Below, in pieces: positions 59,214-64,000 of a DNA stretch of 64,000 bases. Below the pieces are notes generated by a model, which was given only the letters and a program-made list of their open reading frames with translations, made no database searches and had not been told where the DNA came from. This DNA comes from Myxococcota bacterium (lineage in GTDB: Bacteria; Myxococcota_A; Polyangia; Nannocystales; Nannocystaceae), in the NCBI GenBank assembly GCA_039028615.1, contig JBCCHT010000018.1:96001-160000 (forward strand), written 5' to 3'. The position numbers and the translations under genes were made by a program. How positions within the stretch are numbered: position 1 is the stretch's first letter; each line of letters opens with the position of its first letter.

Positions 59214-60464
59214 TCAGGCCTGATAGGCCTCGATCGCCGCGTGCACCTCGGCGTCCGCCAAGATGTGGTCGGTCCTCTTCGCCAACGCGAACAGGTGCTT
59301 CACCAGGCCCTCGTCGGCCTCGATCCCGCGCGACTCGAGCCAGAACACCACGTTGGACTCGCCCGACATGAAGCCGATCTCGATCGCTTGGCGCTTGCCG
59401 AACCAGCCCGCGGGAACACCCGAGTACACCCGATCGGCCAGCGCTTCGTCGCCCTTGTTGATCGCCTTGATCACCGCGGCCGCATGCACGCCCGTGGCGG
59501 TACGGAAGGCGTCGTCACCCACCAGCGGGTACTGCATGGGGATCTCGACGCCGAGCGCCTCGCCGACCTTGCGGCACCAGGGCACGAGCTGGCTGAGGTC
59601 GTAGCCCTCGAGCTCACCGAGGAGCTTGAGGTTCATGAGCGTCTGGTCGAGGGCGGCATTGCCGACGCGCTCGCCCACGCCCAGCGCAGTACCGTGGATG
59701 CGGTCGGCACCGGCTCGAATCGCCCGCAGGTTGTTCGGTACCCCGAGCCCACGGTCGTTGTGCCCGTGCCAGTCGATGCCGACGTGGGTGGCCGAGATGG
59801 ACTCGAGCAGCATGCGGGTGAAGCCGATGAGGTCGGTGACCCCGTCGGGCACGGCATGGCCCACCGTGTCGCACAGGCACAGCCGCTGGACGCCGTGCTC
59901 GACGGCGGCGCGGAACAGCTGGTCGAGGATCTTGGGCGGCGTGCGGGTGGTGTCCTCGGTGACGAAGGTCATCGGGAGACCCCGCTTGGCGCACAGGTCG
60001 GCGGCCATGACGGTGCGCTCGAGCAGCAGGCCGACGTCCCAGTTCTCGGCGTAGAGCCGGATGGGGCTGCTGCCCAAGAACGCGTACACGGTGATGGACT
60101 TGCCGGTCTTGTCGGCGATGTCCGCCACCGCGTTGATGTCGGCGGGATGCGTACGCGCGGCGCAGGCGTACTCGATGCCGAGCTTCTCTTGCTCGGCGAA
60201 CTCGATGAGGGCGGTGACGTCGGCCACCGCCCGCTTGCCCGCGCCGGGCAGACCCAGGTCGACCGAGTCGATGCCGAGGCTGGCCGTGAGCCGAAGGATC
60301 TCCTTCTTGTCCTCGATGTCGGGATCCCGAACCGAGGGAGACTGGATGCCATCGCGCAGCGTCTCGTCGAAGAAGCTGAGCTTGCGGCGCAGCGGGGACA
60401 AGGGCCCCCGCCGGTTGCGGACGTTCCAGTCGTAGATGAGCTCTTCGGGGTTGGCCTCGGTCAC
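59214..60464 (-). CDS. LeuA-like DRE-TIM acyltransferase (2-isopropylmalate/homocitrate synthase family), no regulatory domain
   Basis: DETLRDGIQ, CDTVG, HGHNDRG, GERVGNA. Confidence 0.85.
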   Translation of the reverse strand: MTEANPEELIYDWNVRNRRGPLSPLRRKLSFFDETLRDGIQSPSVRDPDIEDKKEILRLTASLGIDSVDLGLPGAGKRAVADVTALIEFAEQEKLGIEYACAARTHPADINAVADIADKTGKSITVYAFLGSSPIRLYAENWDVGLLLERTVMAADLCAKRGLPMTFVTEDTTRTPPKILDQLFRAAVEHGVQRLCLCDTVGHAVPDGVTDLIGFTRMLLESISATHVGIDWHGHNDRGLGVPNNLRAIRAGADRIHGTALGVGERVGNAALDQTLMNLKLLGELEGYDLSQLVPWCRKVGEALGVEIPMQYPLVGDDAFRTATGVHAAAVIKAINKGDEALADRVYSGVPAGWFGKRQAIEIGFMSGESNVVFWLESRGIEADEGLVKHLFALAKRTDHILADAEVHAAIEAYQA

Positions 60465-60503
60465 GACGCGGCTCCTGGGTGCTGCTGGTTGCCTGCGTTG
60501 AGG

Positions 60504-61703
60504 CTAGACGGCTTCGACGACGAGCGCGATGCCCTGGCCGCCACCAATACAGGCCGAGCAGACGCCGTAGCGCCCCTTGCGGCGACGCAGCTCATGCACC
60601 AGGTGGGCGGTAATCCGGGCTCCGGAGGCCGCCAGGGGGTGTCCGAGGGCGATGGCGCCACCGTCGACGTTGGTCTTGTGACGGTCGAGGCCGAGCTCTT
60701 TTTCACACGCGAGATACTGGGGCGCGAACGCCTCGTTGATCTCCACGAGATCCATGTCGTCGAGGCCGAGGCCCGAGCGCTCGAGCGCGCCCTGGATGGC
60801 CGGCACGGGACCGATGCCCATGATGGTGGGATCGACGCCCGCGGTGTGCCACTGCACGAGCCGCGCGAGCGGGGTGAGGTTGTGCTTCTTGACCGCTTCG
60901 CCGCTGGCCACGATGAGCGAGCCCGCGCCGTCGCAGATGCCCGACGCGTTGCCGGCGGTGACGGTGCCGTTCTTCTTGAAGACCGGCGGCAGCTTGGCCA
61001 TCTTCTCGAGGGTGGCGGTGGGGCGAGCGTGCTCGTCGACGTCGAAGACCTCGGGGCCCTTGCGGCTCTTGAGCTCCATCGGCGCCATCTCTTCTTTGAA
61101 GCGACCGGCCTGCTGGGCCTCGCCCCACAGCTTCTGGCTGCGCAGGCCGTACTCGTCGCACTGCTCGCGGGAGATCTCGAACTTCTCGGCGAGGTTCTCC
61201 GCGGTGTTGGCCATGGCACAGCCGGCGTGCGGGTCGTACAGCGAGGACCACAGCGTGTCCTCGAGCTCGGGGCTCTTGCCGAGCTTGATGCCGAAGCGGA
61301 TGCCACGGGCCGCGTAGGGGGCCTGGCTCATGTTCTCGGTGCCACCGGTCAGCACGACCTCGGCGTCGTGCAGGAGGATCTCCTGCGCGCCGTTGACCAC
61401 GGCCTGGAAGCCCGAGCCGCACAGGCGGTTGACGGTGAGGGCGGGGGTGGGGATGGGCACGCCAGCCTTGAGGCCAATGTGGCGAGCCATGTACAGCGCG
61501 TCGGCCGAGGTCTGGGCGACGTTGCCGAAGACCACGTGGTCGATGATGTCGGGGGCGACGTTACCGGCTTCGAGCGCGGCCTTGGCTGCAACGACCCCGA
61601 GGTCGATGGCGCTGTGGTTCTTGAGCTTGCCGCCGAAGGTCCCGAAGGGGGTGCGCTTGGCAGCAACGATGAAAACGTCTCGCGAGAGAGCTTTGGCGGG
61701 CAT
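60504..61703 (-). CDS. Acetyl-CoA C-acyltransferase (thiolase)
   Basis: NRLCGSG, NEAFA, GHPLAASG, CIGGGQG. Confidence 0.95.
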   Translation of the reverse strand: MPAKALSRDVFIVAAKRTPFGTFGGKLKNHSAIDLGVVAAKAALEAGNVAPDIIDHVVFGNVAQTSADALYMARHIGLKAGVPIPTPALTVNRLCGSGFQAVVNGAQEILLHDAEVVLTGGTENMSQAPYAARGIRFGIKLGKSPELEDTLWSSLYDPHAGCAMANTAENLAEKFEISREQCDEYGLRSQKLWGEAQQAGRFKEEMAPMELKSRKGPEVFDVDEHARPTATLEKMAKLPPVFKKNGTVTAGNASGICDGAGSLIVASGEAVKKHNLTPLARLVQWHTAGVDPTIMGIGPVPAIQGALERSGLGLDDMDLVEINEAFAPQYLACEKELGLDRHKTNVDGGAIALGHPLAASGARITAHLVHELRRRKGRYGVCSACIGGGQGIALVVEAV

Positions 61704-61911
61704 GCGTTTCTCCAACCATTCCCGGCCACGACCGGGCCGAGTATGTGAACGCTCCGACGAACTGGCCCAGCTGTGGGCTCGCGCCGAAGCCATCGCACTG
61801 TAGTGCAAGGCACTCCGCGCTGCCGGCGTTCGCCGGCCCGCTTCGCCCCGAAGTCGTGGATTTTCCTCACGGTTTGAGGCACCGTGCGGAAGTGCGGTTC
61901 AATCGAGGCGC

Positions 61912-62748
61912 GTGAGCGAGCCAATGCCATCGTCCATGTTCGGCCCGAAGCGACGGCGTTGGGCTCGTCGTGGTGTCACGATCGCGGTGACGTGTGGCCT
62001 ATGGAGCCTGGCGCCGGAGGCGAGTGCTGCACCCGAGTCGGCCGACGCTGCACAACAGCAGCCCGCCGCTGCGAAAGAGCAGCCGAGCCCGAGCGAGAGC
62101 CCGACTCGCTTGTCGCGGTATCTCACTCGCGACGTTCGACCGGGTCCACACTTTGTCGATCACGGGGTGCTGCAAGCCACCGTCGCGGGCGGGTGGCCGC
62201 ACCTTTATCGAATCGGTCTGTCGCTCGGTGTGCTCGACCACATCACCGTGGGGGCCACCGCTCACTGGGTGCCGGGTCAGAGCGCCCCGCGGTGGTCGCC
62301 CGACATTGCGATCGCGTTTTATCGGGGGCGTTCGTTCGAGGTCGGGGCGTGGCACATGTGGTCGCTCTATCCTCCGCCCGTCGATGACCTCGATCCAGCG
62401 ACGCCTTCGTATCAGCGGGAGGCGCAGTGGATTCTGGGGACGGCGAGCTTTGGGCAGGCGGCGCTGACGGCTGGGGTCGATGTGGGGACGGTGCGGGAGC
62501 GGGTGGATGATCCGGGGATGGATCCGAACGATGACTCTACGAATCCGTCGATCATTCGGTGGCGGTTTGGTGGGGGGATGCATCTGCGGGCGGGGACTCG
62601 GCGGTGGGGGTTTACGGCGCAGGTGTTGGTGCCGCAGGTGATGGCGGAGATTCGGTTCGATATTCGGTTCGGGTTGTTCGAGATGCGGCGTAAGGGGGGG
62701 TGGAAGTTGCGGCGGAGTATTGCGGATTGGGATCGGCCGTTGGGGTGA
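61912..62748 (+). CDS. Hypothetical exported protein (possible beta-barrel)
   Basis: Signal-like N-terminus, amphipathic beta-strand pattern. Confidence 0.6.
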   Translation: MSEPMPSSMFGPKRRRWARRGVTIAVTCGLWSLAPEASAAPESADAAQQQPAAAKEQPSPSESPTRLSRYLTRDVRPGPHFVDHGVLQATVAGGWPHLYRIGLSLGVLDHITVGATAHWVPGQSAPRWSPDIAIAFYRGRSFEVGAWHMWSLYPPPVDDLDPATPSYQREAQWILGTASFGQAALTAGVDVGTVRERVDDPGMDPNDDSTNPSIIRWRFGGGMHLRAGTRRWGFTAQVLVPQVMAEIRFDIRFGLFEMRRKGGWKLRRSIADWDRPLG

Positions 62749-62759
62749 GACGGGCGGCC

Positions 62760-63345
62760 CCGGTGAGGGCTCTTGCGAGTGGGTGGAGCGGCAACGGTTG
62801 TGGGGAGCGGGCACGGTTGGCTTCGAAGGGGCCTGGTGAGGGCTGGGTTGTGGGGAGCGGGGCTGTCGGGTTGGAGGGGTGAGTGGGGCGGTTCGGTGAG
62901 GGCTGGGTTGTGGGGAGCGGGGACCGTCGGCTTCGATGGGGGGGAAGGGGGCCCTGTTGACGCCAGACGCCTACCCCGGACGTGCTCGGCGGCGATGGGG
63001 AAATCGGGTGCTTGTAGGAGCGCATAGTCGCCGCCTCCGCGCGACCGGGGGCCCCTTCCGGCTACGCGGGTGCCCCTCACGGCTAGAAGGAGGGGGTTGG
63101 TCGGGCTCCTGATACGGCCTGCTGTGTAGGGCGGTGGTGCTCGAAGGGTGTGGGGCGGTGCGGTATCGAGTGGGGTAGGTCGCGATGTGGGGCGGTGATG
63201 TTCGAGGGGGGTCGAGGGGGCCGCCGCTTTAGGGCGGTGGTGCTCGAAGGGTGTGGGGCGGCTCGATGTGGGGTGGTGTTGTTCGAGGGGGGTCGAGGGG
63301 GCCGCCGCGTTAGGGCGATGGTGTTCGAAGGGGGTGGGGCAGAGG
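62760..63345. repeat. G-rich repeat cluster (~60-bp and ~81-bp units) containing one copy of the dispersed ~115-bp element
   Basis: GGTGAGGGCTGGGTTGTGGGGAGCGGGG twice; TGTTCGAGGGGGGTCGAGGGGGCCGCCGC at 63199 and 63280; element at 62953-63069. Confidence 0.8.
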
Positions 63346-63470
63346 GGTGGTGGCCCGTGGGTGGGCCGGGGTGACGGCCCATTGGTGGGCCACTTGGGGG
63401 AGTGGGGTGGGGCAAGTATGCGAGATCAGGTGGGGGGAGGGGCGGCGCGGATTCTGCTTTGGGTGGGGGC

Positions 63471-63827
63471 ATGGTTCGTTTCTACGTCCTCCTGTTGTTG
63501 CGCCTGTTGGTTCTGTGTTCGGTCACGGGGCTCGCTGGGTTGGCGAGTGGTTCGGCTCGGGCTGCGAGTGTGCCGGTCTTTGGTTTCGTGGTGCCGGCGT
63601 TGTCGGGGCAGCTCAACCTCAATACGGCTTCGGCCGAGCGCCTCGAGTTGTTGCCGGGGGTAGGGCCCGCGACGGCGGCGAAGATCATCGCGTACCGTGA
63701 GCGGAGGCCCTTTGCCAACATTCGTCAGGTCATGCGGATCAAGGGGATCGGGCGCAAGCGCTTCGATGCCTGGCGGCCCTACCTGGTGGTGGAAGGGGAG
63801 ACCACGCTGCACGTGGCTTCGCCGTGA
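63471..63827 (+). CDS. comEA: ComEA-family helix-hairpin-helix DNA-binding protein
   Basis: LNLNTASAERLELLPGVGPATAAKII..IKGIG. Confidence 0.85.
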   Translation: MVRFYVLLLLRLLVLCSVTGLAGLASGSARAASVPVFGFVVPALSGQLNLNTASAERLELLPGVGPATAAKIIAYRERRPFANIRQVMRIKGIGRKRFDAWRPYLVVEGETTLHVASP

Positions 63828-64000
63828 CCGCCTGTTCTCGTGCTTGCCTTGCTCCAACTCCCCTCGGGGCGCGGGTCGTCACCCGCCCTCGTCGGGGGGA
63901 TGGACGCATGGCGGCTCGACAACCTGCTAAGGTGCCCGCGCCATGCTTCGCACGCGCACGCGCTGGGCTCTGGTCGTCGGCTTTGTCGTCTTGGCCGGGT

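Noticed and set aside
63943..64000. Possible start of a further CDS at the window end
   Set aside because: Too short to identify

Overview
High-GC window that looks like a myxobacterial chromosome (Nannocystaceae-like; inferred from DUF1592/DUF1552 genes, a Ser/Thr kinase, many acidic lipoproteins and a Myxococcus-type LexA box). It holds about 55 CDS. Housekeeping genes: rpsF-rpsR-rplI with an S6:S18 leader, rnhB, nadA, egtB-egtD, glmS, pyrF, a leuA-like synthase, a thiolase, an acyl-CoA ligase, hscC with a J-protein, and comEA. The rest are regulators, hydrolases and lipoproteins. No rRNA, tRNA, CRISPR array or intact transposase was seen. The best unannotated signals are: (1) a ~165-nt sigma54-driven sRNA candidate at ~9370-9534 (-) with two UCCCCC-loop hairpins and three upstream GTC(A/G)-N6-TGAC palindromes, Pxr-like in architecture; (2) a split AhpC/TSA ORF that is probably a UxxC selenoprotein with a SECIS hairpin; (3) an orphan PD-(D/E)xK-like gene with a LexA box inside its promoter; (4) a ~115-bp structured dispersed element (3 copies, compensatory changes) inside repeat clusters that coincide with a local G/T strand skew; (5) a Pro-Met-rich lipoprotein next to a JmjC hydroxylase and a methyltransferase. 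All calls come from reading motifs by eye; no database searches were run.
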